This document shows positions 27,936-49,240 of a stretch of DNA of 64,000 nucleotides, piece by piece. A model generated the notes under the pieces. The model made no database searches and was not told the DNA's origin. It saw only the letters and a list, made by a program, of their open reading frames with translations. A program made the translations under genes and the position numbers. Source of the stretch: Intoshia linei (Eukaryota; Animalia; Orthonectida); the NCBI GenBank assembly GCA_001642005.1, contig LWCA01000024.1, forward strand, positions 13,970-77,969, read 5' to 3'. Each line of letters opens with the position of its first letter. The stretch's first letter is position 1.

Positions 27936-30900
27936 CTAATGTAAAGGTCCACTTCGACTAAGCACATGCAAGAGTCTATAAATGTTGACGCTGTTACCAT
28001 GCATGGCATCAGATATTGTTTGATCCAAATGAATTTCAATAAAATTGATTGAATAATAAAAAATGTAAAATAAAAGAGCTGGTTTCAGGATGGAATATGA
28101 TAAATATCCAGTATTGTTCACATCCATCATTTGTAAAGACTTGGCCAATTTCAAAAATCTGTCAAACCAACCTTCTTCCATACGAAATTGTTGAATGTAA
28201 GGTGAATATTTTTTTATTTCGTTGTGCATGTTGAAATCAGCGGTTACTTCATTTTGCATAGGAATTTTTTCAATTTCAAATTTTTCTGTATCAGGTACTG
28301 GGTTAAAAGATGCATCTAATTTTTCAGTTTGAATTTTAGGTTCATATGTTTGATAGTATGGTGATTCTTTTTTTGTCTGAGTTTTCTAAAATTGATGTAT
28401 AACTTAGCATTAATTATAACGTATGCTATTTATTTTTTGAATATTCAGATATTTTATGTTTTTTTGATGCATCAATCTCAAATTACCTCGGTTTCATAAT
28501 CTTGGTTATAAGGACTAAAATAGTATCCAATGTAATCGTGGCAACTAAATTTTTTATAACACGTAAATGGCATATTTCCAAAAATTACTTAATTAATCCG
28601 TATTTTGTAGAACATTTTTGAAAAACTTTGTCAATTTCGTCTAGATCGAGATTTTTATTAATTTGCATGTGTGTACTTATAATCTAAATGTTTCAATTAC
28701 ATTTTAATTAAATTTTGCCAATGCAAAAAAATTTATATAAGATAAATTAATATTTACATACTTGATGTTATGAAGTAAATATTAACCGATTTTATTTTTT
28801 AAAAGCATATTAAAAAATATAAAATTGAGTCATACACAAAATGGTTTTTTATCGTTTTAAAAAAAGTATCAAAAGTTGACACCGTAGTGACTAACTTATA
28901 AGTTAGTTCAGAGGATAGAGAGAAAACAAAATTTTACTTTGTATTCTAAGATTTAAATTTTATTTCGTTTAATAAATATAGTTCCGTAGTGAATTATTTT
29001 TATCTTGTATATTGCAGGGATGCCAAACCTGTCGATTGCGGATGATTTTCTAGTGAATCTCCAAAGTTAAAAAATTATAAAAAGTTTTTTATTTTAATAA
29101 TACTCGTTAAAATGATCTCTATTTTAAAAAAATTATTTTTAATATTGTTCAAATTCAAAGTTAAAAAAATATATGGATTAGTTCACTATTTCTTAAACTA
29201 GGTTTTGCCAATAATTTTCAAATATACAGCGAAAGTGCTACGAATTATTCCGAATTTAAATTTTTAATTGTGTTCCGCAAGACGATTTTTTTGAAATAGG
29301 TTCCGATTAGATACGTTTTTCTAGACAATTTTTAGTGCATGGGTTTTTAACCTTTTTCTATTTGGCACCCAAAAAGATAAATAAACTTAAAGTGAAAAAT
29401 GTAATAGTAAAACTATGGTAACAAAAAATTTCTAGGTTAAATGCCTTTAAATTTCAATTAGGAATTATTTTTTAACATAAAAAACCCTGTGATTTATCTA
29501 TTTATTCTAGTATTTATCAATATAATTTATTTTAGTGAATCCATAACGAATATAACTATCACTCTATTTACTTTTTTTGACATACATGTATGTTAATATT
29601 TATATATTAAAATATTTAATATTTAAAAATGTTAAATTAATAAAAAGAATTTGGCATTATATTAACTTTATTTTCGAAAATTAATTGAAGATTAAAAGAT
29701 ATAGCTGTAAAATGATTTTTATTTAAAAATTTTCTGCACCCCAAAAACTGGTTTGGAACCCCTGGGTGCAGGAAACCCAGGTTAAGAACCAATGTATTAG
29801 TGGATCGTCATTCATTCAAAAATTTTAAAATCGATCGCATCAAAAAAATTTGGTCTTCCCTTCTCTTCTGGTGTATTGCATATCGGGTCGGAATAGAATA
29901 TAAGAGTAGGGGCATTTTACAGTATTTACATGTTAATAATATTTTTTATCAAAATTTTCACAAATATAAAGCATAGTGCCACGTCAAATCGTACATATAA
30001 TGGTAAATTAACCTCATGAGCCATGATGACTTTAATTTAAAAAATTTTACAAAAAAATAAATATGGATTGTTTAATTGAAAGTATACAAAAAGTAATTAA
30101 ATTTCATATTTAATTATATTTTTTCGAATAAAATTAAGGAGAAACAATGCTTGTCAAGTATACGAACCGGACATACAAGGACATACTTTTTGGCTGAGCT
30201 CACTTAGAATTTGGTGGCTACCAGATAGTATCGGTTGAGAAACACTGATGTACATAAATAAAAAAATTGAAGGGCGATTAGGTGAGAAAACTCTACCCTA
30301 ATGTACATTTACACTAGTAAAAGGAAGAGAGAAATGTGATAATAAATGTAAGAATATAATAATCATGATTGTAATAGATCAACTTAACAATATAAAAACA
30401 AAATTTGAAGCATAATATATAAAATTTATTACCTCTTAATTAAATAAAATTTATTGCCAATCTGATTTACTGATCTCATTTCAAACAATTTAAAATAACA
30501 AACTGTACGAACAAATTTTTAAAATTTACCCAGTTAATGCACGCGATATTCTATTAACATGTAAATAGAATAATGTAATCAAATATATATTATAGTAACA
30601 TCTAATTGGATTAATATTTTACATTTTCTACTCTTTCCCCTTAATTATAATAAACTTAAATAACCCAAAAGCTTGTTCACGTGAAAATTAAATTATTTTA
30701 AAATGATAAGTTAGTAAACGAATATACGTGTTTTGAATTTGATTTTTTAATTGAGAAAAATTGACTTATTATAGTGACTCGCGAAAATTTTGATTATTAA
30801 TTTTTTTAAAATATCGAAATATATGATAATAAATTATGTTCACAATATAAAATAAAAATAATTTAACATACTTGGTATTTGGTGAAGTAGTTACACTTGG

Positions 30901-31567
30901 AAGTATCTATTAAACTGAACAATCGCTCAAGTTTTGTTTTTTCGTCATCAAAATTAGAAATATCATTGAGTCTAAAAAAGCTTTATTATACTAAAATAAA
31001 AACTTACGAGGAAATTGGTGTATTTTGACAACTAGCTATAAAAGCCAAAAATTTAGTAAAATTGACATTACCAAAATTATCGCAAAATTCAATAGATGCA
31101 ATTCTTAACAGACCTTCGTCGTATTTCACCTAATTTTTAAAAACCAATGACAAATTAAATACCTTGTTTATAGTCAATGTTTGCAAAAATGAATCAATAG
31201 GACAAAAGTCTCCCTCCAGTTGATTATATTCTAATAAATCATAAAAAATTTTTTTCATGCTTGTATCGTTAAAATATTTGACGGTCGATCTAATATCAAA
31301 TCGTAAAGAAAGACTGTTGACTGCTGGACGCTTGGTAATTGTTTTCATATTGTTTAGATCAAAATTTTGATTCTAAATATTTAGTAAGGCAAGTAAATGT
31401 ATACCGTAGAATTGCTAAAATTGAAATTATATTAAAACAATGTAACAACCTATCATTTCGAATAACTGTGGGTATATCCGGTTCCGGGTATTGCATTTTA
31501 GCAATTTCAGACTAAAAAAATTGGTAAAAATAAAAGTAGTATATACTCTTCTTCCTCGTTTGGGCAT
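27936..31567 (-). CDS. C1orf87-like EF-hand-related protein, multi-exon
   Basis: The last exon WFDRFLKLAKSLQMMDVNNTGYL...FYYSINF resembles the C1orf87 C-terminus. Upstream exons lie at ~28460-28685, 30870-31370 (FCDNFGNVNFTKFL, EF-like) and 31450-31567 (MPKRGRR|SEIAKMQYPEP). Confidence 0.6.
29338..29794. mobile_element. hAT MITE (CATGG-type TIR) nested in another CAGGG element starting at 29015
   Basis: TIRs CATGGGTTTTTAACC / GGTTAAGAACCAATG, with TSD TTTTAGTG / TATTAGTG. Same family as 54523-54786 and the end at 40388. Confidence 0.7.
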
Positions 31568-31917
31568 TTACTGAAATGAATTTCTTCAATATTGATTAAT
31601 ATGTATTAATGAGTAAATAATATAGAATTAAATGTACATAGATTCATTACCACACAAATGAATGTTTTGAGTCAAAAACTTTGAATTGAAAATAGGACGT
31701 GAAATTAGTTAATGTAAACCAAACTAATGTCAATTATAAATATAATTTATCCAATAAACAAAATAAAAATATAAATTATAAAATCATTAACCCAATTTAA
31801 TTAAAAATTAAATGGATATTTTCAACAGATTCAGAATGATTAGCACTAATCAATAACAAAAGTAGTGATAAGAATTTTAATCTTTAATTAACAACATAAA
31901 TTATACAAATTACTTGG

Positions 31918-40676
<8,759 letters not shown>

Positions 40677-40774
40677 TAAAGGCGCGAAGATAAGAAATAT
40701 TTATTTTCATATTAAATTTGATATTGGAGTTATAACAACAATTGACATTTATTATCAACTTTTCTTAATTTGTC
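40677..40774. promoter_or_regulatory. Putative bidirectional promoter shared by SMC3 and MRPL19
   Basis: Only 98 bp separate the divergent ATGs. The gap contains GGCGCGAA (E2F-like) at 40681 and ATTGG (reverse CCAAT) at ~40723. Confidence 0.6.
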
Positions 40775-43700
40775 ATGAATTTTATAATCAGGACATGTCT
40801 GACGAAAACTGGTTACATGTCCCGTTGTAATCGTTTCAACCACTGCGTAACGAAAGAATGCTTAAGTGTACACCGTAATCAGAATAATATCGGTCAAGAG
40901 GAATTTTTTGTGATGAATGACAATAAGGAAATGAAGGAATTGATCAAATTGAGGTATAGTTTTTTTGATATTATTTAAATTATATGTATTATTTAAACGA
41001 TTCGATTTAATTTTATATTACTAGAGGATTATACCCAGAATTTATTCCTTCAGGAAATTTCGAATATCGAGACCGAACCAAGGAATTATTAGAAAGAAAA
41101 GATATGCTAGAACGTCGAAAACACTTAAAAATTCCTGAATTTTATGTAGGTGATTTTTAGTGTATATGTAAAATTATAACGTAATATTAGGAAGTAAAAT
41201 GAGTGTATCATTTGCAGATAAATTTTCTCCTAGTGGCGTTAATACGTTTGTTGGGATTTGTATTACCAGAATCGAACATGGCTTAAATCATCAATTTAGT
41301 ATTAGAAACGTTGTGGAAAATCACGGTAATTTAATTTAAATTTATATTTTTACTGTTTTTAGGAGTTGAAATTAATTTTCACTTATATAATCCTTTAATC
41401 CAAAGTATCAAAGTTTTGGTACTGGAGAAAAGATTAGATGATGATTTAACATATTTAAGGGATTGCGATCCTATACATAGTACTGTTCCCTTTGATTTAC
41501 CCGTTGAAACGCGACCTCCAGGAGTCAGTGTACCTGTTAATGATATTAAGGTACTTTACGTTTATGAATTTATTGAAGTTTGCGTTGCAGAAAATATGTT
41601 TTATGTAAAACTATTATAATAATAATTACCTAATTTATCAATTATTCAGCCTACAGTTCGTGGTTTTGACATTTGCATTATTTTTATAAATTTATTTCAT
41701 TCTTTGCTTATATAAAATTGAATGTATCTGTTTCTGTATGCTACCATTTATTTAAAAAATTGACTGTATAAAATTAAAAAAAACCCAATTTCTAATACTG
41801 TTTTTCCCAGGTCGTGTTTTTGTCTATTTTTCAGTTTCATAATTTGAGTCCTTTAGTGTCAACACCTAAATTTTATTTTTTATTTAAAAAAAAATTAGCA
41901 CAAAGATATAATAAAACATACATTCTGTGACGCGTTTTAAAATCATTAACATTGTCGTAAATCTTAGTTTCAGAAATGCATACCTTAATGGGGAGTAATT
42001 AATTTATCAGTATTTTAAATAAATACTGACATTTTTTAATAAAAAATTTTCTGTATTTTCAACATAAAATTGTCAGTATACAGTGTATACTAGCACACTA
42101 AAATATCAGTAATAAAAAGTATTTTGTCAGTATTCAATTACATATTTGTCAGTTTTTAATTGCCTTCTTGTCAATACATAATTGCATTTTTGTCAGTAAA
42201 AAAATTAAAAATCTAGTTTTTGAAATAATGTATTATCCACTACAGACCCAAGTTAAAACTGAAATATTAAGATGCCATATTATACCTACAAACCATATTA
42301 CAAAAAAATTAGAAATATTTTATGGTGTTCACACCAAAGAATATTTTTTTATGAACTCAAATTTTGGTCAGTTTCATTTTATACAGAACATTTAATTTAA
42401 ATGCTGACAAAATAATTTTTTTACTGCCCTTCCAATTTAAATACTGAAAATCAATTATTTATACTGTCACCTTGTCAATTGGCACATAAAATACTGACAA
42501 ACCATTTACAATACTGAAAAATCAATGTTTATACTGACAAATTATCACCAATACTGACGCGATAAATGCACGCCTACCTTAATGTCAAAACCACAAATTA
42601 CCATTTGTTTAAAAAATGAAACATGTACTAAAATTTTATAAAACAAAAATCATGGGATAATTTTTAAAATAATAACCATTATAATAAATGGTAACCGCAA
42701 AAAAAGTGCATTTCTATGACCAAATTCAAATTTCCCTTTTTTAAAAAAATTACAGCTGATACATTTATATTTGGTGAACACACACAAAAAAATTCAATCA
42801 AACAACGTCACGCCTTCACGGTCAAAAAAACACTTTAATATTCAATTTTTTTTATTTAGAATGTATTTTATTAAAATAAAATATTTGAAGTAATTAACGG
42901 TCATACAATTAAAAAATCAGATTATTTTGATACAATTTATTCCAATTGATATAAATACAAAATTTCAACCCCAGAAATCTACGCATTCCCAGTGAAAAAT
43001 AATTTTTAATATATTTTCAACCATTATTTTTTAAATATTTCGATTAAATATAAAATTTAAATATTGATTCTATAATTTCAAAAAAAATGTGCATTGAACG
43101 TCTACACGTTTCCAATAAAGAAATATGGGTGAAAATCTATATAATTTATTCCTTCGGATTTTTTTTCATTGCTACGCAATTTTTGATTTTTAAGTACATT
43201 CCACTTATTTTCAATAAATGTAACGAAATTTTAGTTTAAAACTACAACAACGAAGTACAACCTTGTTATTATCATTTTTATATTTATTACAATGTTGGTA
43301 AAATTTATCTGAAATATGTTTTTAAAGTACTCGACTGGGCCTTTTGTCGTCCAGATATTATAATATCAATGATAAAGTGGAACACACATACACAAAAAAA
43401 ATCGCGTAGCATATTATATAAGTAAGGAAGGATATTTAGTACACTTTATTTATATTTGATTCATTTTTTCTAATTTAATTTAAATTTTAAATAATCCTTT
43501 TGTAAAGAAAGTTTATTCATTCTATTTAACGAAAAACATAATTTAAACTACAAATATTTAAATTTTTTCAGAGTAATATCAAGATTTATTATCTTAATTT
43601 GTGACTTTACCACTTTAAGATTTTTTCGAACTTATGGTTGTTGAAGCTAGTTCAAGTTTAACCCTGTTTCATAAATATTGAATATATCACTATCCGTATA

Positions 43701-44704
43701 AAACTCCAATAATGTATATACATTTTTTATAAAATTATAGGCTCTTTTACAAATTTAAAATTATACAAAAAATAATATATTTAAATATATGTATTTATAA
43801 TAAATCTAATATTATTTTAAGAATATCTTGCTATCTATACAAATTTCATAGCTGGGGTAGTTTTCTACTCCACGCGAGTAGCTGCGTTGTAAATTTAAAA
43901 TAACGAACGATTATGTGTTAATTTGAAAATTGTATTCCATCAAATAAATGAATATATTTAAAATAGATCCCCAGTTGAAAAACTATTGATGCACCTGTCA
44001 TAATTTTTTAAATTCATTTTATAAAAGTTCAACATTATTTTTAACCTCTTAGAAATTGCGTAAACCAAGGTTTTTAATTAACACACTTTTTTCACGGCGG
44101 ACGGGTAATAAGTTATAAAATAATCGCGGATCATTAAAGCTAAATTACTATGAAACCTAAAATAATTGATAAAAAACGTATTAAATTAGCTTTTAACTAG
44201 TAAAATTTTTCACGGACCGACATTTGGGAAACGCTGGCGTAAACATAACGTGGAATAAGTTTACAATAGTAGTTAATACAACATACCAACATTTCATTTA
44301 TTCATCAGCTATAATCAATAAAAAATTGAGATTAGTTTGCGGCTTTGTTAATTTTTTGATAAAAATAATATTACTTATAAATATTATAGCAATTATTTTT
44401 GCAATACATTAGTTTTTAATTTTTGTCTGTTTTCTTGTATAGAACAATCTCCACAATTTAAATATTAATACATTTTTACCTTTCTTAGCTGAAATTAAAA
44501 GATTTGCCATGGACACGTCGTTGGGAACTTCGAGAGTTAAGAGGAGCAATTTTACCGACCCTCCCACCATATTTTGACCGTCAAAAAGAGCGAACATTTC
44601 AAAATTGGAGAAGATACGATATAATGGAAGACTATCGAACAAATGTACCTCCTGCGGAGCAATATGCAATACTATCGCAAGTGGCTCGAGACGTTGAAAA
44701 TTAA
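40775..44704 (+). CDS. MRPL19: Mitochondrial ribosomal protein L19 (bL19m)
   Basis: YPEFIP...[22 protein letters not shown]...FVGICI...[42 protein letters not shown]...VPVN|[13 protein letters not shown]...[10 protein letters not shown] ~2.9 kb intron spans 41551-44488. Confidence 0.93.
41760..43330 (+). mobile_element. Helitron-like repeat copy in the MRPL19 intron, interrupted by a younger insertion
   Basis: Shares the CCTTCACGGTCAAAAA and AAATCTACGCATTCCC blocks. Split by the element at 41991-42576. Confidence 0.6.
41991..42576. mobile_element. TIR MITE (hAT-like) with 8-bp TSD CCTTAATG
   Basis: CCTTAATG occurs at 41983-41990 and 42577-42584. The left half has repeated GTCAGTA and the right half its complement TACTGAC (subterminal repeats). 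The right end is ...CGCCTA. Confidence 0.6.
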
Positions 44705-47700
44705 TTTTGTATTCTTGTACATAATTTATTAAATTTACGAAATATTAAATTTTCAATATATCGATTTTTAAGATAGTATTAAAATAATTAAATGTAAAAT
44801 ATGTGATATTAATTATTGATGTGCTATATTGAATGTTTAATATTACTAAAAATTTAAACCTAGACGCTGGAATTTAACAAGATGAATAAGCAGTAATTTA
44901 TAAAAAAACGAGGTAATATGAAACGTGTTACCAAACTAAAATTTAAAATTGAATCGATATTATAAATTGAACTTTTGTTATATTTTTATTATTTTACGCG
45001 TACATTATTTACATTTGTTTTTTAAAACGTAAATTTTGTATTTTTATATATGAAAAATTGTTAAATAAATAATCGACCAGATGATATGTTGAAATACCCA
45101 CATATGATAATGTGTATATTATAATATTTATTTAATTTTTAAATACATTGCTGCAACAAGTGAAAAGTCAATTTTTATTTAAAGGTATGATTTACAATGA
45201 CCGAAACGTGACCCAACAAAAATTTAAATTTGTTTTGTGATGCGTAAACACTTTTATTAAAATTGACCCAGAAATGCAGCAACATTGTGTGATGAATATA
45301 AAACTTATTTTTCCAGTGTGTAATTTCAATTCTCCAAATTTCAATTTTAGGTTTAATTAAATGTCTACAATCAGTTTTGGAGCTACAGTTTACATTGCTA
45401 TATTATATACTCCTTGAATATTTATTTGTCTGATACTGTTGCATTAAAATTTTGCACACAAGCCAGTCACATCGCTAATATTTCTCATTTCATCTGACAT
45501 TTAAATGTTGCGACATTAAATTTATTTGAATTTAATTTATAGCTTTAATTTAAGCAAAATTGACTGAAATATTTTAAAACTATTTTGCACATAATTTTCA
45601 TTCATAAAATTTCAATCTCAGTCTAGCAAATTCTCAAAACTTAATAATATTAATTGCATACTTTTCATTTTTTGAGGTATACTGTTCACTTTATAAAATT
45701 TTAAACTTTAAAATTTAAAAATTTGTATTTGCTCACCGAACTTTTTTAAATTCTTTAAATTGTTTATTTTTAGAATTAAATTTGTCACATTCAAAGTCAA
45801 ATTTTGCAATTAGTCAATTTAAAAGTATTGGAGGTAATTTTATTTTTACATAAATATGTTTCAAAAATGCATCATTTATTAGCGTTGGTGTTTTGAAATC
45901 CTATTGATTGTTTGGTCATTATTTCATCATATTTTAATATTCTCAGTTGGTTGATTTCGATTTAAACCGACCGTGAAAATGTTTCATTTGTTCCATTTAT
46001 GTAAATTTTACAAAATTAAATTGTAACACAGGAACTGTATCTTTAAATACAATTCCATTCACTTTAACTTGTAGACAAACTTTGCAACTATAAATATGCA
46101 ACGTTTCACAAATTGCACAACAATTTTATTTGTAGTCCCATTATTTAAATTAAATAATTACACATTTTATAGTTTAGCTCAAACTAGAAATTTCAATAGT
46201 TTCAATTTAAAATATATTTTTATTCTTTTCTTATTTAATTGTGTTTTGTTTACATTATTTTTTATTGTCAATTTTTTAATCATTTGTTACAATTACACAA
46301 AATTTGCGGATACAGGTTTTTTATTTTTTAATTTTTTAATCTCAAACTAAACAATCAACGTGTAAATTATATTTAAAATTTCTGAAAAATTTCATTTTTT
46401 ATAGATAAATATTGAGATTATGAATAGCATATATAAAAGTTTCATTAGGTATGAAAATATGAGAAACCGTACTACTCAACCGCTGTTTCTGAGAAACTAT
46501 TATTGATGATTATAATACTTTTATAATGTCATTGTACTGCCATTTCCGAGGATATAATGCATATGTGTTTAATGAGATAGGCAAGGCTGAATTATAATTG
46601 TATATAAAGTATATATAAAATGTAAAATCTACTTGAAATAAAATGTGTTTTGACCTGTAAAGTGTAAAGTTTCGATATTGAAATTTATGATAAATTGATG
46701 GCAGGAAAAAATTTCATAGAGTGTTTTTTAAATTATACGAGTCTAATTTAATGATGTGAATAAATGTTAATAAACTACAAGTTCGTTATATGTGGGTGAA
46801 CTCATTTATTTAGAAAACTGAGAATTCCAGAAATTTCAAAAACAAACATTATACGTATGTTTGTTTGGTGTAGAAATTAAGATTACTTTTAACTAAAAAA
46901 TTAAACGTATATATTTAAAATCTGCATTTCACTCGCATAAATTGATTTCTTCGTTTTTTATCATTGCTACGCAATTTCTGATTCTCAAAAAGTTTTAAAT
47001 CGATTGAAAAATTCTTAATCAACTTTGTTGGTATCATTTTGAAATTTAATTAACTTTTGGTGACATAAATATAAAAAATATTTTTAAATGGGCTGAATCC
47101 ATTCATTATTGATACAAAATATTTTTTATCTTATTTCATCATTATTATATTATAAATTTTGACAGCATAAATTAATATTAATAATTAAATTAAATTAACA
47201 TAAATAATTAATAATGATAAATTCAAAATATTAGGTAACTATAGATTTTAAAGTTTGATTTAAATTTAAATTTACTATTTTTATGCAGTAATAAACATGA
47301 AATATAAAAAAATGAAATCAATATTTACCCATTTTAATATCTCGAGATTAAAATAACATTTAAATGATACGTACATTTAATTATATTATAATAGGTGTAC
47401 AGTACATCCCACGTATTCAATCTGACTTGATTTAATTTTTGGTTTAATTTATTTTAATTAATGACTTGAGTTTGTATTGGAACAGGGGTTGATACTATTG
47501 TCAAATAAACGAACTCACACTACACTATCTAACATGTCATTTTTTTAAAACCCCTAATTTGATCAAATTATTTCTTTTACGAAATTAACCATCATATAAA
47601 AGATAATATCATTCATGTCAATATCATTTATTTCCAATTTTTTAATGTTTGTTTTATTTTTCTATTTCACTGTTGAATATACTTAACAGTGTACATTAAG

Positions 47701-47934
47701 GTGTCTCATGGGTATTTAGAAAAAATATCCTTAGGGTTTAAAATTATAGTATTACTAAAATAATAAATATTGTAAAATATTTTTGCCAACTCCTAACGGT
47801 GAAGTTAGCCTGACCATTTAAAGTTTTCTATATACTATATATTACAAAATTAAAACGGAACTTTATTTTAACGAAAATTGGCGTTTGAGCTTTTAAACGT
47901 GGTACCGACTTCATAATACTGTTCTCTATGTTTA

Positions 47935-48105
47935 GTTATACAGTTTATTTTTTTAAATTTGTTTCTAGCTCAGTTTTTTTGGATTTTATTTTTTGTTTGA
48001 ATACAATTTAAATAATGTAAATAGCCAGAATTCGAGAAATTCAATCATTAATAAAATCCAAAAAAATTGAGCAAGAAACAAATTTTAAAAAATAAATAGT
48101 ATAAC
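47935..48105. repeat. Inverted repeat (~56-bp arms, ~59-bp spacer)
   Basis: GTTATAC...TTTGTTTCTAGCTCAGTTTTTTTGGATTTTATT versus AATAAAATCCAAAAAAATTGAGCAAGAAACAAA...GTATAAC. Confidence 0.8.
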
Positions 48106-48918
48106 TGTACACACACAAACAAATATGGCGTAGCATTTTATATAAGTAAAGATATAGCATATTCTGATGAAAAATTTATGATATCTATGTAGATAAAAAA
48201 TTGAACCGGACCTATACCTTATTTTGAACGGGTTAAAAAATTGAGTTTTTTTGAAAAGAGTAGAACATTTTTAATATATACCATGTATTTATGTACTTTT
48301 TGTGTGTTCTGAGTAAGAGTACTGAGTAGTAACTTATTTAATTAGTACTTAGTTTTACTTTTACTGAGTTATTAAATTGTTTTTGTACTGAATTTTAATT
48401 TTACAAAGTTGTTTTTTTTTCAGTACTTAGTTTTAAAACTCAGTACTTTTAAGAGTAAACTTATTTTTAAAAATTATTCTGCCAATCAGATTGTGAAAAT
48501 GAAAATTGGGTAAACGGAGAATAACTACATACATATGTATGTAGTAGGGTTCGTAATTTTCCTAATAAATTTTTACCTGTTGTTTAAAGTTCTTATAATT
48601 TTATCAAAATTGTTATTTTTTATGATAAAAATTATCACTAAAAATAAAAATATCTGAGGTAGAATTAAATTTAAGGATTTAAAGTACTTTGTACAAACAG
48701 TATCCTAGCTCTATTTAGGGTGGTCTTTTTTAATAAAAAAATAACTACCAAAAAAATAAACTCAATAATAAAATATATCTTAACCCTTTCACGGTCTGTG
48801 TATTCTATATTATACACACCAATTTCACTTTACACTATAGAGTCCTGATTATTCGAAAATTTGAAAAACGATTATCCGATTAATCGGAATTCAAAATTTT
48901 TAACATAAAAACCAATAA

Positions 48919-49240
48919 TTCTTACTTATATAATATGCTACGCGATTTTTGTTTGTGTGTGTGTTGTACTTTATTTAAATAACTACTTGTCTTAGAATTT
49001 TATAAAGTCCACATTTCAATTACAGTTTTTACCGGGAGTGTTCGCAAAATAAATTTCAACATCCCAAACTCACATCTTACGGGTTAAAAACCCCAATTGT
49101 CGTTTTTTTGAAAATCAAACGAGTTTGAGAATTTGAAAAAAAATACATACGCTGATACGCATTTTAAAATCATAAACATTATCATAAATTTTAAACATTT
49201 TTTAAAAAAATATCTTCAGGACCAAAACCCTAAATTACTA
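48919..49240 (+). mobile_element. Helitron-like repeat, 5' partial copy
   Basis: TTCTTACTTATATAATATGCTACGCG...CTTAGAATTTTATAAAGTCCACATTTCAAT, shared with the other copies. Confidence 0.65.
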
